A stretch of 47,729 nucleotides of DNA from Erythrobacteraceae bacterium (GCA_046339235.1 JBKDUW010000155.1:1-47729); one strand, 5' to 3'. Numbered from the stretch's first letter, positions 1-10,952 are shown. Notes: generated by a model not told the origin, from the sequence alone. Numbers and translations are program-made.

Positions 1-972
1 GCCGGCGATATGGACGCCCAGCAGCTTGCCGCCCACCGCTGCGACCAGCAGCAGCGCGGCGGCGCCGAACACGATCAGCCCGCCGCCTTCCCATTGGGTT
101 CTAAGGCCGGTCGAGAGGAAGAACACCGGCATGACCGTCAAAAGCACCACGTTGCGGAAGCGGTCCATCGCCTCGTGGCCGAACCACTTGGCGTCGAGCA
201 CCACGCCCGCCAGAAACGCGCCGACCATGAAGTGCAGGCCGGACCAGTCGCCAGCGAGGCCGCAGACCGCCAGCCAGATCAGCCCCACCGCCCAGCGGTC
301 GCTCTCCGACAAGCGCTGCATCAGCCAGCGAACCGCGAAAGCAGCGACGGTAAAGCCGACGAGGAACACCGCTTGCCGCCCGATCCGCTCCCAGTCGAGC
401 AGGATCAGCGCGAGCACGCCCCAGATCGCGATGTCATCGAGGCTGGCGTATCGCAGGATGCGTTGCCCGAGTTGTTCGCGCAGGATGCCGAGCTTCTCCA
501 TCAGGAGGACGAGGATCGGCAGCGCGGTCACCGCGCAGGCCATGCCGATGCCGAGCAAGGCTTGCCAATATGCGCCGTTCGGCCCGCGCCAGCCGGGGTA
601 TTGCAGGATCACCGCCGCTGCCAAGCTGCCCGCAATCAGCGGCACTCCGAGTGCAAGGCCCGCAGTCAGCCCGGTCTCGCCGCGGTGCTTCCACGCCTGG
701 CTGAGGTCGAGCTCGATCCCCGCGACAAAGACGAACAGCATCACCGCCCACCACGCGACGCCGTTGAGCGCGGTGATCACATCGGGCTTGAACACGAAGG
801 CGTAGTAATCGGGGAAGGCCGCGCCGAGCACGCCGGGGCCGAGCAGGATGCCGCCGACAATCTGCACCACCACCAGCGGCGCCCAGTAATCGGTGCGAAA
901 CACGCGCCACACGAGCCACGGCACTGCGAAGATGATCGTCAGGGCGATCAGGTAGATTTCGGTAAGGTTCAT
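1..972 (-). CDS. Cation:proton antiporter (CPA2/Kef-type), 3' end outside window
   Basis: Manual minus-strand translation from ATG 972: MNLTEIYLIALTIIFAVPWLVW...QIVGGILLGPGVLG...FVAGIELD...TALPILVLLMEKLG...ASLDD...GAFLAG...PVFFLSTGL. Polytopic with Na+/H+ exchanger motifs; absent from the ORF track because it runs off the edge. Confidence 0.85.
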   Translation of the reverse strand, partial: MNLTEIYLIALTIIFAVPWLVWRVFRTDYWAPLVVVQIVGGILLGPGVLGAAFPDYYAFVFKPDVITALNGVAWWAVMLFVFVAGIELDLSQAWKHRGETGLTAGLALGVPLIAGSLAAAVILQYPGWRGPNGAYWQALLGIGMACAVTALPILVLLMEKLGILREQLGQRILRYASLDDIAIWGVLALILLDWERIGRQAVFLVGFTVAAFAVRWLMQRLSESDRWAVGLIWLAVCGLAGDWSGLHFMVGAFLAGVVLDAKWFGHEAMDRFRNVVLLTVMPVFFLSTGLRTQWEGGGLIVFGAAALLLVAAVGGKLLGVHIAG

Positions 973-1116
973 CCCGCCGCCGTGTCTATTGAGCCGCGGC
1001 TGTGCGTGCAAATGCGTTTTCCACACGCCAAACCGGCGTTCCCCCGATTGACGCGCTGCAGCAAATCAAGCAGGGCGGGCCGGTCTTCCGCGCAGAAGCG
1101 ATTCTGTGCGGGCAGG

Positions 1117-1316
1117 CGAGCGGGAGAGCCCGATGCCTCTGTCAAAAGAGGCGCGGCGCCGAAGGAGCAACCGCCCCGGAAACTCTCAGGCCCACGGACC
1201 GCTCGGCTGCGTGACACTCTGGAAAGCGTCCCTCGCTTGTCGGCAAGGGGCCACCGAAGGGGAGGCGGCCCGTCCTTGTGATGGCCCCGCCGAAGCTCTC
1301 AGGTCACCCGACAGAG
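1117..1316 (+). promoter_or_regulatory. Tandem glycine riboswitch
   Basis: Two aptamers with conserved blocks: GGAGAG...CCGAAGGAGCAA...CTCTCAGG...GGACCG and CTCTGGAAAG...CCGAAGG...CTCTCAGG...GACAGAG; directly upstream of gcvT. Confidence 0.93.
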
Positions 1317-1382
1317 GGGGCAGTTATTGGGCAGTGCCGCGCGCGCTGCCGGACTGCCGTATTCTGCCGGGGATATTCTCAA

Positions 1383-2537
1383 GTGACCGACCACGATACC
1401 GAAGAACTCCTCGAAGATCTGCCGCTGGACGCGCTGCCGCTCGATGCGTGGCACCGCGCGCGGGGTGCGCGGATGGTGCCGTTTGCGGGCTACGACATGC
1501 CGATCCAGTACGACGGCATCGTCGCCGAACACAATTGGACACGCGAGAGCGCGGGCCTGTTCGACGTATCGCACATGGGCCAATTGCTGCTGTCCGGCCC
1601 CGATCTCGACGCGGCGGTCGAAGCGGTGCTGCCGATTGACCTCTCGACGCTCAAGCTTGGCCAGCAACGCTATTCGCTGCTGCTCGACGAAGACGGCGGG
1701 GTGCTCGATGACCTGATGGTCTCGCGCTGGCCGGATGCGCTTTACCTTGTCGTCAATGGTGCGACCAAGTGGGACGATCTCGGCACGCTGCGCGAGGCGC
1801 TGCCCGATGACATCACCATCAACCACCTCGATGACCGCGCGCTGCTGGCCTTGCAGGGCCCCAAGGCGGCCGAGGCTTTGGCGCGCCATGCGACCGGCGA
1901 ATATCCCCTCTCGGCGCTGACCTTCATGAAGTTCGGCAAGTTCAATCTGGCCGGCCATGATGTCACCATCGCGCGGGCGGGCTATACCGGCGAGGACGGG
2001 TTCGAAATCTCGCTCCCCGCCGAGGCCGCAGCCGAAGTCGCCGACCTGCTCTGCGCCGAGCCCGAAGTGAAGCCCATTGGCCTTGGCGCGCGGGATTCGC
2101 TGCGGCTGGAGGCGGGCTTGCCGCTCTACGGCCACGACATGAGCCCCGAGACCTCGCCGATCGAAGCGGGCCTGATTTTCGGCATCAACAAGCGTCGCCG
2201 CGCGCATTCAGAGCAGGGGGGAGGCGGCTTCCCCGGCGCCGAGCGGATCATCCGCGAGATCAATGAAGGCACTTCGCGCAAGTGGATCGGCCTGACCATC
2301 GAAGGCCGCTTGCCGGCCCGCGAGGGCGCAGAGGTCTTCGCAGGGGCCGAGAAGGTCGGCACCGTCACCAGCGGCGGCTTCTCGCCCACGCTCGGCGCGC
2401 CCATCGCCATGGCCTATGTCGCCAGCACCCACGCCGCCACCGGCACTGCGCTCGAGATCGAAGTGCGGGGCAAGCGCCTCGCCGCCACCGTTTCGCCCAC
2501 GCCTTTTGTCCCCCACAGCTACTACCGAGGGAGCTGA
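1383..2537 (+). CDS. gcvT: Glycine cleavage aminomethyltransferase T
   Basis: MVPFAGYDMP, LFDVSHMG, GYTGEDGFEI, GLGARDSLRLEAG motifs. Start moved to GTG 1383 because the ORF-track start lies inside the riboswitch. Confidence 0.95.
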   Translation: MTDHDTEELLEDLPLDALPLDAWHRARGARMVPFAGYDMPIQYDGIVAEHNWTRESAGLFDVSHMGQLLLSGPDLDAAVEAVLPIDLSTLKLGQQRYSLLLDEDGGVLDDLMVSRWPDALYLVVNGATKWDDLGTLREALPDDITINHLDDRALLALQGPKAAEALARHATGEYPLSALTFMKFGKFNLAGHDVTIARAGYTGEDGFEISLPAEAAAEVADLLCAEPEVKPIGLGARDSLRLEAGLPLYGHDMSPETSPIEAGLIFGINKRRRAHSEQGGGGFPGAERIIREINEGTSRKWIGLTIEGRLPAREGAEVFAGAEKVGTVTSGGFSPTLGAPIAMAYVASTHAATGTALEIEVRGKRLAATVSPTPFVPHSYYRGS

Positions 2538-2540
2538 CCC

Positions 2541-2909
2541 ATGCGTTACTACACTGACGAACACGAATGGATCGATGTCGAGAATGACGTCGCAACCGTC
2601 GGCATCACCGACTATGCGCAGGGGCAATTGGGCGACATCGTCTTCGTTGAACTGCCCGAAGTCGGCGCGCTAATCGAGCAGGGCAAGGATGCCGCCGTGG
2701 TCGAGAGCGTCAAGGCAGCCTCCGACGTCTATGCCCCGATCACCGGCGAAGTCACAGAGACCAACGCCGCCCTCGAGGAAGACCCCTCGCTGGTCAATTC
2801 CGCACCCGAAGACGGCGGCTGGTTCTTCAAGATGACCATCGCCGATCCGGGCGAACTCGACGGGTTGATGGACGAAGACGGCTACAAGGCTTTCGTCGAC
2901 AGCCTATGA
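2541..2909 (+). CDS. gcvH: Glycine cleavage H protein
   Basis: [22 protein letters not shown] and lipoyl motif VESVKAASD. Confidence 0.97.
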   Translation: MRYYTDEHEWIDVENDVATVGITDYAQGQLGDIVFVELPEVGALIEQGKDAAVVESVKAASDVYAPITGEVTETNAALEEDPSLVNSAPEDGGWFFKMTIADPGELDGLMDEDGYKAFVDSL

Positions 2910-3715
2910 GTGCTGCGCCGGCCCTCGCTGATATGCGTTTGATGGTTGCGACCCCGCTTTATGACGGGGCGCAAGCGGATTACCTGCGCAGCGTGGTCGG
3001 CCTGACGGGTGCGGCAGCGCGGGCGGGGGTGGGCTGTGCCTTCGCCTGGCTCAGCAACAATGCCGTGATCGACCGCGCGCGCAATGTGCTCGCCGCAGCC
3101 TTCCTGCAATCGGATGCGACGCACCTCGTGTTCATCGACGGCGATATCGGCTTTGTGCCGGAGGTTCTGCTCGATCTGGTGCAGCGCATGGCTGCCGATG
3201 ATCGCCTCGCGGTGATCGGTGCGCCCTCTCCCAAGCGGCGGATCAACTGGAGCCTTGTGGCTTCGGCTGCGGCCAAGGGGCTGGCGGCGGGTAACCCGGG
3301 CGAGCTTGAACGCTTCTCGGGCCTGTTCGCGGTCGAACCGCTCGAGCCCAAGGGCGAATTCCGGCTCGATGCGCCGATCGAACTCCTGCGTGTCGGCACC
3401 GGGCTGATGGTGGTCCGCCGCGACGTGATCGAGGCGCTGTGCGCTGCGCATCCCGAACTGCGTTACGCTGCCGATCAGCTCGACCGTGAGAGCGGGCTGG
3501 CGGGCGACACGCTTACCGCGCTGTTCATGCCCCTGATCGATCCCGACAGCGGGCACCTGTTGTCCGATGATTACGCCTTCTGCCACCGCGTCCGCGCGGC
3601 AGGCTTCCGCATCTGGCTCGCGCCGTGGATGCGCACGTCGCACACCGGCCCGGCGCGCTTTGCCGGGGCGCTTGCCGATCTTGCGCACCTCAACGCTGCA
3701 ACCCAACCCGCCTAA
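2906..3715 (+). CDS. GT-A fold glycosyltransferase-like protein
   Basis: VATP start strand, [14 protein letters not shown] (DxD), [15 protein letters not shown]-terminal H-x-G; ATGA overlap with the gcvH stop. Confidence 0.7.
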   Translation: MSAAPALADMRLMVATPLYDGAQADYLRSVVGLTGAAARAGVGCAFAWLSNNAVIDRARNVLAAAFLQSDATHLVFIDGDIGFVPEVLLDLVQRMAADDRLAVIGAPSPKRRINWSLVASAAAKGLAAGNPGELERFSGLFAVEPLEPKGEFRLDAPIELLRVGTGLMVVRRDVIEALCAAHPELRYAADQLDRESGLAGDTLTALFMPLIDPDSGHLLSDDYAFCHRVRAAGFRIWLAPWMRTSHTGPARFAGALADLAHLNAATQPA

Positions 3716-3747
3716 CCTTCCACCTCCAGCCACGGATACCTCTCCCC

Positions 3748-5121
3748 ATGCGCTATCTTCCTCTCACCGATAATGACCGGCAGGCGATGCTGGCGAAAAT
3801 CGGCGCCGCCACAGTGGACGATCTGTTTGTCGACGTTCCCGAAGTCGCGCGGCTCGACGGCCCGATCCACGGCCTCCCCATGCACGCTGGCGAAATGGCG
3901 GTGGAACGCCACATGAAGAAACTGGCGGCGAAGAACCTGGTCGCGGGCGAAGTGCCGTTCTTCCTCGGCGCGGGCGCCTATCGCCATCATGTGCCGGCCA
4001 GCGTCGACACGATCATCCAGCGCGGCGAGTTCCTGACAGCCTACACGCCATATCAGCCCGAAATCGCGCAGGGCACGCTGCAGATGCTGTTCGAGTTCCA
4101 GACCCAGGTCGCGCGGCTTTATGGCTGCGCGGTCGCCAATGCCTCGCTCTATGATGGCTCGACCGCGTGCTGGGAGGCGGTCGCGATGGCGACCCGCGTG
4201 ACCCGCCGCAAGCGCGCGGTGCTCTCGGGCGCGCTGCATCCCCATTACGCTCAGGTGGTGAAGACCATGGCGCACTTCACCGGCGACACCATCGCCGACG
4301 CGCTCCCTGCGATCACTGCCGAGCCTGATTTGGCCGGCCTGATGGCCCGGATCGACGAGGAGACCGCCTGCGTCGTGGTGCAATATCCCGACATCCTCGG
4401 CCGCATCAGCGACCTTGCTGCGGTGGCCGAAGCCGCGCATGCCAAGGGCGCCCTGCTGGTGGTGGTCAACACTGAACCCGTCGCCTTGGGTGCGATCAAG
4501 TCGCCCGGCGAGATGGGCGCTGACATCGTGGTGGGCGAGGGCCAGTCATTGGGTGTCGGCCTGCAGTTCGGCGGGCCCTTCCTCGGGCTGTTCGCGGTGC
4601 GCGATCCCAAGCATGTGCGCCAGATGCCCGGACGGCTATGCGGCGAGACCACCGACGCCGAAGGCAAGCGCGGCTTCGTGTTGACGCTTTCGACCCGCGA
4701 GCAGCATATCCGCCGCGAGAAGGCGACCAGCAACATCTGCACCAATTCCGGGCTGTGCGCGCTGGCCTTCACTGTCCACATGACGCTGCTGGGCGAGCGC
4801 GGCCTGCGCGAATTGGCGGCAGAGAACCACCGTCTCGCCTGCCTTGCTGCTGACCGGCTGGCGAAGGTGCCGGGCGTGAAAGTGCTCAACACCGCCTTCT
4901 TCAACGAGTTCACCCTGATGCTCGGCGGCAAGCCGGCGCGCGAAATCATCCGTGACCTTGCGGATCGCGGCGTGCTGGGCGGCGTGTCGCTGGGGCGGCT
5001 CTATCCCGGCGTCGATGCGCTCGAACATGCGCTGCTGGTCGCGGTGACCGAGACCACGACTGAGGACGATATCGAGGTGCTCGCCCGCGAGCTTGAAGCC
5101 AGCATCAAGGAGACCGTGTGA
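3748..5121 (+). CDS. gcvPA: Glycine dehydrogenase subunit 1
   Basis: MRYLP start, [38 protein letters not shown]. Confidence 0.96.
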   Translation: MRYLPLTDNDRQAMLAKIGAATVDDLFVDVPEVARLDGPIHGLPMHAGEMAVERHMKKLAAKNLVAGEVPFFLGAGAYRHHVPASVDTIIQRGEFLTAYTPYQPEIAQGTLQMLFEFQTQVARLYGCAVANASLYDGSTACWEAVAMATRVTRRKRAVLSGALHPHYAQVVKTMAHFTGDTIADALPAITAEPDLAGLMARIDEETACVVVQYPDILGRISDLAAVAEAAHAKGALLVVVNTEPVALGAIKSPGEMGADIVVGEGQSLGVGLQFGGPFLGLFAVRDPKHVRQMPGRLCGETTDAEGKRGFVLTLSTREQHIRREKATSNICTNSGLCALAFTVHMTLLGERGLRELAAENHRLACLAADRLAKVPGVKVLNTAFFNEFTLMLGGKPAREIIRDLADRGVLGGVSLGRLYPGVDALEHALLVAVTETTTEDDIEVLARELEASIKETV

Positions 5122-6677
5122 TGAACGCCCCCAACCAGTCTGGCTGGAAGCCCGAGATGACGCTCGCTGCGGACGGGATGCACAACGGCCCCGCTACCAC
5201 CACCGGCAACCGCGCGCTGATGCTCGAAGAACCGCTGCTGTTCGAGATCGGCCGCGCTGACGTGACCGGCGTCGATCTGCCGCCGGTCGATAGCGCCGCG
5301 CCGACGCGGCTGGCAGGCCTCGCACGCTCAGAAACGATCGGCCTCGTCGGTCTGACCGAGCCTGAAACGGTGCGCCACTACACCCGCCTCAGCCGCCAGA
5401 ACTACGGGATCGACCTCGGATTCTTCCCGCTCGGCAGCTGCACCATGAAGCACAACCCGCGCCTCAACGAGAAGGTCGCGCGCCTGCCCGGTTTTGCCGA
5501 CATTCACCCGCTCGCCCCGCAGAACGCGGTGCAGGGCGCACTCGAGGTGATCCACCAGCTTGGGCAATGGCTGTGCACGCTGACCGGTATGCCGGCGGTG
5601 GCAATGAGCCCCAAGGCCGGCGCGCATGGCGAGCTGTGCGGCATCCTCGCGATCCGCGCCGCGCATGAGGCCCGAGGCGACGCGCGCGAGGTGGTGCTGG
5701 TGCCCGAAAGCGCCCACGGTACCAACCCCGCGACCGCCGCCTTTGCCAACTATCGTGTCGAGGATATCCCCGCGACGCCTGAAGGCCGGGTCGATGTGGC
5801 GGCGCTCAAGGCGCGGCTCGGGCCGGATGTGGCGGCGGTGATGATCACCAATCCCAATACCTGCGGCTTGTTCGAGAAGGACTTCCGCGAGATCGCCGAT
5901 GCGGTCCACGCGGTGGGCGGCTATGTCTATTGCGACGGGGCCAACTTCAACGCCATCGTCGGCAAGGTGCGCCCGGGCGACCTCGGCGTCGATGCGATGC
6001 ACATCAATCTGCACAAGACCTTCTCGACCCCGCATGGCGGGGGCGGGCCGGGTTCGGGGCCGGTGGTGCTGTCGGAAGCCTTGGCACCCTATGCCCCACT
6101 GCCCTTCGTGCGGCAGGACGCAGGCGGCAGCTTCTACCTTGTCGAGGAAGAAAACCGCGAGGAGCGCGGGCCGACCTTCGGGCGCATGACCGCCTTCCAC
6201 GGGCAGATGGGGATGTTCACCCGCGCGCTCACCTACATGCTCAGCCACGGGGCCGACGGGCTCAAGCAGGTGGCCGAGGATGCGGTGCTCAACGCCAATT
6301 ACATCCTGCGCTCGATGGAGGACATCCTCCACGCGCCCTTCGCCGCCTCGGGCCCGTGCATGCACGAGGCGCTGTTTGGCGACAAGGACTTCACGCAAGG
6401 CCTGACGACGCTCGATGTCGCCAAGGGGCTGATCGACGAGGGTTATCACCCGATGACGGTCTATTTCCCGCTTGTGGTTCACGGCGCGATGCTGGTCGAG
6501 CCGACTGAGACCGAGAGCAAGGCGGCGATCGACCAGTTCATCACCGCTTTCCGCGCGGTGGTGGAACGCGCGCTGGCAGGCGACGAGGCGCTGAAGCAGG
6601 CACCCTATTACGCCCCGCGCCGGCGGCTCGATGAGACCGCGGCGGCGCGGAAGCCCAAGCTGGCGTTCGAGGGGTGA
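5118..6677 (+). CDS. gcvPB: Glycine dehydrogenase subunit 2
   Basis: [22 protein letters not shown]-lysine motif [25 protein letters not shown]. Confidence 0.96.
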   Translation: MMNAPNQSGWKPEMTLAADGMHNGPATTTGNRALMLEEPLLFEIGRADVTGVDLPPVDSAAPTRLAGLARSETIGLVGLTEPETVRHYTRLSRQNYGIDLGFFPLGSCTMKHNPRLNEKVARLPGFADIHPLAPQNAVQGALEVIHQLGQWLCTLTGMPAVAMSPKAGAHGELCGILAIRAAHEARGDAREVVLVPESAHGTNPATAAFANYRVEDIPATPEGRVDVAALKARLGPDVAAVMITNPNTCGLFEKDFREIADAVHAVGGYVYCDGANFNAIVGKVRPGDLGVDAMHINLHKTFSTPHGGGGPGSGPVVLSEALAPYAPLPFVRQDAGGSFYLVEEENREERGPTFGRMTAFHGQMGMFTRALTYMLSHGADGLKQVAEDAVLNANYILRSMEDILHAPFAASGPCMHEALFGDKDFTQGLTTLDVAKGLIDEGYHPMTVYFPLVVHGAMLVEPTETESKAAIDQFITAFRAVVERALAGDEALKQAPYYAPRRRLDETAAARKPKLAFEG

Positions 6678-6678
6678 G

Positions 6679-7983
6679 TTACCGGTCGGAGGAAGGGACG
6701 ACGTCGGCCTCTTCCTCCGGCTCGACCACCAGCCGGATCTGGCTGAGGTTGAGGATCGCGACATAGAACCCGATCACCGCCAGCGAGCTTGAACCCAGCA
6801 TCGCGAAGGCCGCGCCCTTGGCCCCGTTCCAGTCGATTGCGGTCTCCAGCAGCACCAGCGCCAGCACTGTCGGCACCGCGCGCACGAGGAAGGCGACATG
6901 CGCCTTGCCGGCCGAGACCAGCAGCGATTCAAGGCTCGCGCCGACCAGTTCGACTGCTCCGGCGATGGCGAGGATCACCATCGCCCAGTAGAACACGCCA
7001 AACTCGTCGCCAGCGATCAGTTGAAGGCCCATCCGGCCGAACAATAGCGCGCTCACCACCGCGAGGACGCCGCCGACCGCCGCGATATTGGCCATGCGCC
7101 GCGCGATTTCGAGCGACTTGTCGCGCGAATGGACCAGTTCGGGCAGGATCGCTTTGCTGACAGTCTGCGCGAGGCTCACCAGCGCCTGTCCGAGCTGGCT
7201 CGCGACCCGGAAACCACCCGCCAGCGCCGCCCCGCCGAAGGTGCCGACCAGGAGGATCATCACCTGCTTGCCGGCAATCGAGAGGCTGCCCGAAAGGTTG
7301 GTCGAGACGACAAAGCGCCACGCATCCTTGTGGCGCGCCGGGATGGTCTTGAGGCTGACCGCGCTCCACGCCACCGGCTGCACCCGCATCGCCACCACCC
7401 ACAGCGCAATGGCGACCGCGATTTCGGCGGCGGCATAGGCGATGATGAACCCGGTCACAGTCGGCATGAACACGAAGGCAAGGACAGAGCCCACCGCGCG
7501 GATCAGCGGCTGCACCGCATCGGCCCCGGCAGCGCGGGCATATTGGAAATGGAGCCGCAGAATGCCGGTCGGCGTGGTGCGGATCGCGGCCAAGCTGATC
7601 GCGCAATAGCCGAAGGTCAGCCACAGCAATTCGGGCGGCACATCGAGCCAGTAAGGCGCGCTCGCGATCGCCGCGCCCGCCAGCGCGATGCCGAGCGCGA
7701 CCGAGACGAAATCGAGCGCGACGGCAAAGCCGGTCGCCTCGCGCGCCTTGTCCGGATCAACGCTCCCGCCGTCGCCGCTCGCGCCCCAGCGCACGATGAA
7801 CTGCCAGGTCTGGAAATTGGCGAGGCCGGTGATCGCCTGCCCCAGCGCGACAATCAGCGCGAAATGGCCGAAGCCCACCGTACCCAATGCGCGGGTGGCG
7901 AGCGCGAGATAGACGAGGCTGAGCACGGCGTTTAAGCCGCGTCCGCCGAGCAGCCAGCCCATGTTGGAGAACAGCCGTTTCAT
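6679..7983 (-). CDS. Wzx/MOP-superfamily flippase-like membrane protein
   Basis: About 12 hydrophobic segments; N-terminal LFSNMGWLLGGR...TRALG...FG pattern typical of polysaccharide exporters. Confidence 0.7.
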   Translation of the reverse strand: MKRLFSNMGWLLGGRGLNAVLSLVYLALATRALGTVGFGHFALIVALGQAITGLANFQTWQFIVRWGASGDGGSVDPDKAREATGFAVALDFVSVALGIALAGAAIASAPYWLDVPPELLWLTFGYCAISLAAIRTTPTGILRLHFQYARAAGADAVQPLIRAVGSVLAFVFMPTVTGFIIAYAAAEIAVAIALWVVAMRVQPVAWSAVSLKTIPARHKDAWRFVVSTNLSGSLSIAGKQVMILLVGTFGGAALAGGFRVASQLGQALVSLAQTVSKAILPELVHSRDKSLEIARRMANIAAVGGVLAVVSALLFGRMGLQLIAGDEFGVFYWAMVILAIAGAVELVGASLESLLVSAGKAHVAFLVRAVPTVLALVLLETAIDWNGAKGAAFAMLGSSSLAVIGFYVAILNLSQIRLVVEPEEEADVVPSSDR

Positions 7984-7999
7984 GGCTTGGCCGACCCGC

Positions 8000-8818
8000 T
8001 CAGGCCGCAGCCCCCGTCCGGTCGCCTTCGCGCGCCTTGAGGATCTTCTCGGTCACAGTATAAGTGCGTTCATTATCGACATCGATCGCGAAATGCCCGT
8101 CCGACAGCACCACCGGCACCAGCTTGAAGCCGAAACGGCGCGAGATCTGCGCGAACAGCTTTTCCTTTGAGCCCCAGCCCATGCGGAAGCGCACGAGGTT
8201 GATCAGCCCGAACGCCTTGATGATGCGGCGCGGATATTTGATGAACTGCCCGCCTTCGCGCATGATCTCGGCGGCCTTCAAGGCCTGCGCGCTGCCGAGC
8301 CAGTAGGTGTTGCAGTTCGAATAGCCACCGTCGCGGAATTCGTAGAAGCGCTTCTGCCCGATCGGGTCAGCGGCCTGCACATCCTCGCGCCGCGCTAGCG
8401 CCGCCGCGCCGCCTGCGCCTTCCGCAAGACACTTGGCGATGAACTCGCCGTAGCCTTCGGGGGTGACGAGGCAATTGTCGGCGGTGGTGATCAGCAGCGG
8501 GAAGTCCGCGCCCTCGGCCCCGGCAAACACAGAATCGACGATGTTGAACGCGCCCTCGACCATCGTCAGGCGGCCTTGCGCGATCAGCTTGGTCACCGTG
8601 GGCAGGCGGGCGATTTCCCCCTTGTCATGCGCGACCACGCGGATTGCGCCGACAGCCTCGCAAGCGGCGACCTGCGCCACCACCCGCTCGATCATCGGCA
8701 CGCCGTTGACCGGCACCACTGCCTTTTGTGAAACACCTGCACGTTCGGCGAGCGGATCGAGCACGCCCGAACGCTTGCCCGCCATCACCAGTGCGGTGGT
8801 CTTGATTGCGTTTACCAT
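8000..8818 (-). CDS. MobA-like NTP transferase (nucleotidyltransferase)
   Basis: ALVMAGKR...K.VVPVNGVPMIERV, LITTAD, C-terminal IDVD motif. Confidence 0.8.
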   Translation of the reverse strand: MVNAIKTTALVMAGKRSGVLDPLAERAGVSQKAVVPVNGVPMIERVVAQVAACEAVGAIRVVAHDKGEIARLPTVTKLIAQGRLTMVEGAFNIVDSVFAGAEGADFPLLITTADNCLVTPEGYGEFIAKCLAEGAGGAAALARREDVQAADPIGQKRFYEFRDGGYSNCNTYWLGSAQALKAAEIMREGGQFIKYPRRIIKAFGLINLVRFRMGWGSKEKLFAQISRRFGFKLVPVVLSDGHFAIDVDNERTYTVTEKILKAREGDRTGAAA

Positions 8819-8927
8819 AGCGCGCGGCCCTTAGCCGGATTGGCGCGAAAAAGCCAAGCGCGGATGGTGAGCCTTGTGCAACAATCGCGGCGCAGCGAGC
8901 CGCCCCGCCGTCCTTGTGCTGGCTGCC

Positions 8928-10433
8928 TCACCCCATCGTCGGGATGACGAAGGCGTTCGATCCATCGCCGCCACCATCGGGCCAGCGCTGGGTGATCTTC
9001 TTGTTCTTGGTCCAGAACCGCAGGCCCTCGGTGCCATACTGGTCGATGTCGCCGAAGCCCGAACGCTTCCACCCGCCGAAGCTGTGATAGGCGACCGGCA
9101 CCGGAATCGGCACGTTGATGCCGACCATGCCGACATTGACCCGTGCGGCAAATTCACGCGCGGCGTGGCCATTGCGGGTGAAGATCGCGACGCCGTTGCC
9201 ATATTGGTGCTCGGACGGCAGGCGCACCGCTTCCTCGAAATCCTTGGCGCGCACGATTTGCAGCACGGGGCCGAAGATCTCTTCCTGATAGCTCGTCATC
9301 TGCGGGGTCACGTGGTCGATCAGCGTCGGGCCGACGAAGAAGCCCTTCTCGTGGCCCTGCAGGCTGAACCCGCGCCCGTCGACGACGATTTCCGCGCCTT
9401 CCTGTTCGGCGATGGTGATCCACTGTTCGATCCGCGCCTTGTGCTCGGGGGTGACCACCGGGCCGTAATCGGCGTCGGGATCGTTGGAGACGCCGATCCG
9501 CAGGCCCGCGATCGACTTCAATAGCTTTTCCTTGAGACGCTCGGCGGTCTCCTCGCCCACTGGCACCACCACCGGCAGCGCCATGCAGCGCTCGCCCGCC
9601 GAACCGAAGGCCGCGCCGGTCAGATCGGTGACGACCTGATCGAGATCGGCATCGGGCAGCACGATCCCGTGGTTCTTGGCCCCGCCGAACGCCTGCACGC
9701 GTTTGTTGTTCGCGGTGCCGCGCGCATAGATATACTGCGCGATGTCGGACGAGCCGACGAAACTGATCGCGGCGATATCGGGGTGATCGAGGATCGCGTC
9801 GACCATTACCTTGTCGCCGTGGACGACCTGCAGCAGGCCTTCGGGCGCGCCCGCTTCAAGGAACAGCTGCGCGAGCCGCACCGGCACGCTCGGATCACGT
9901 TCCGAGGGCTTGAGGATGAAGGCATTGCCCGCCGCGCAGGCCATGCCGAACATCCACATCGGGATCATCGCCGGGAAGTTGAACGGGGTGATGCCGACGC
10001 CGATGCCAAGCGGCTGGCGCACCGAAAAGACATCGATCCCCGGCCCCGCGCCGTGGGTATATTCGCCTTTCATGATCTGCGGCAGGCCGCAGGCATATTC
10101 GATCACTTCGAGCCCGCGCTGCACATCTCCTCGCGCGTCGGGAACGGTCTTGCCGTGCTCGGACGAGAGCATCTCGGCGAGGCTCTGCATATTGGCCTCG
10201 ACCAGCTCCTTGAACGCGAACATCACCCGCGCGCGGCGCTGCGGGTTGGTTGCGGCCCAGGCCGGCTGGACGCGCTTGGCGGTCTCAACCGCGCGGGCGA
10301 GCAGGGCGGCATCGCCCAGCGCCACCTCGGCCTGCACTTCGCCGGTCGAAGGGTTCCAGATGGCGTGCTTGCGGGTGGGGGCGGGGCTGTCGCCGACGAT
10401 GAAGTGGTCGATCTGACGCAGAGTCTGAGTCAT
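8928..10433 (-). CDS. mmsA: CoA-acylating methylmalonate-semialdehyde dehydrogenase
   Basis: GITPFNFPAMIPMW, LKPSERDP, GGAKNH, GERCMA, EEIFGPV, GINVPIPVP; start ATG 10433. Confidence 0.92.
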   Translation of the reverse strand: MTQTLRQIDHFIVGDSPAPTRKHAIWNPSTGEVQAEVALGDAALLARAVETAKRVQPAWAATNPQRRARVMFAFKELVEANMQSLAEMLSSEHGKTVPDARGDVQRGLEVIEYACGLPQIMKGEYTHGAGPGIDVFSVRQPLGIGVGITPFNFPAMIPMWMFGMACAAGNAFILKPSERDPSVPVRLAQLFLEAGAPEGLLQVVHGDKVMVDAILDHPDIAAISFVGSSDIAQYIYARGTANNKRVQAFGGAKNHGIVLPDADLDQVVTDLTGAAFGSAGERCMALPVVVPVGEETAERLKEKLLKSIAGLRIGVSNDPDADYGPVVTPEHKARIEQWITIAEQEGAEIVVDGRGFSLQGHEKGFFVGPTLIDHVTPQMTSYQEEIFGPVLQIVRAKDFEEAVRLPSEHQYGNGVAIFTRNGHAAREFAARVNVGMVGINVPIPVPVAYHSFGGWKRSGFGDIDQYGTEGLRFWTKNKKITQRWPDGGGDGSNAFVIPTMG

Positions 10434-10541
10434 GGGGGGAGGTCTCCTGTCTGGCCATCCCTTTGGCCTCCAAGGCCCGCCCATGCAAGGGTTCGGCTCC
10501 CCTCAAAAGTACTGGCGCGCAGCCTATGCGACAGGCCGATC

Positions 10542-10862
10542 TCAATCGAATATATCGAAGATCGATCCGCGCTTCTTGCGATAGTTCCCGTATTTGCCGC
10601 GCTCACCATACTCCCCGCGTTCGCCATACTCCCCGCGCTCTCCCGCTTCGCCGTATCCGCTATAGCCGGGCTGCGGCGGCTGCGGCGCCGATGGGCGCGG
10701 GGCGGGCGCGGGGCTGGCCTGCGCGGCGGCGTCCATCAGCTTTTCCAACTCCCCCCGGTCAAGCCACACACCGCGGCACGAGGGGCACATATCGAATTGT
10801 ACGCCGTCGCGGTCGACGGTCTGCATGGCGCTGCTGTCATTCGGGCAAAGGAGCAGGGGCAT
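10542..10862 (-). CDS. zf-TFIIB-like zinc-ribbon protein with low-complexity tail
   Basis: CPND...CPSCRGVWLDRGELEKL and C-terminal KKRGSIFDIFD. Confidence 0.85.
   Translation of the reverse strand: MPLLLCPNDSSAMQTVDRDGVQFDMCPSCRGVWLDRGELEKLMDAAAQASPAPAPRPSAPQPPQPGYSGYGEAGERGEYGERGEYGERGKYGNYRKKRGSIFDIFD
10581..10652 (-). repeat. Imperfect 18-bp tandem repeat encoding (Gly-X-Y)8
   Basis: Translates GEA GER GEY GER GEY GER GKY GNY; DNA unit GA(G/A)CGCGG(G/C)...TA(T/C)GG repeated about three times. Confidence 0.75.
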
Positions 10863-10952
10863 GGGAGGTTCCGTTCTTGAGAAGCTGTTCCTGACCCCTA
10901 TCGCAGGTTTCAGGCGATTATGAGGCGCTGCCTGGTGCAGCGGTTGTGGCGC

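Noticed and set aside
10-1281. 423-aa plus-strand ORF and other long antisense ORFs (e.g. 32479-36138, 35966-38035, 5328-6764)
   Set aside because: Shadow frames of well-supported genes on the opposite strand, expected in high-GC DNA; no recognisable motifs.
1278-1382. N-terminal extension of GcvT in the ORF track
   Set aside because: Overlaps the second riboswitch aptamer; GTG 1383 is the more plausible start.
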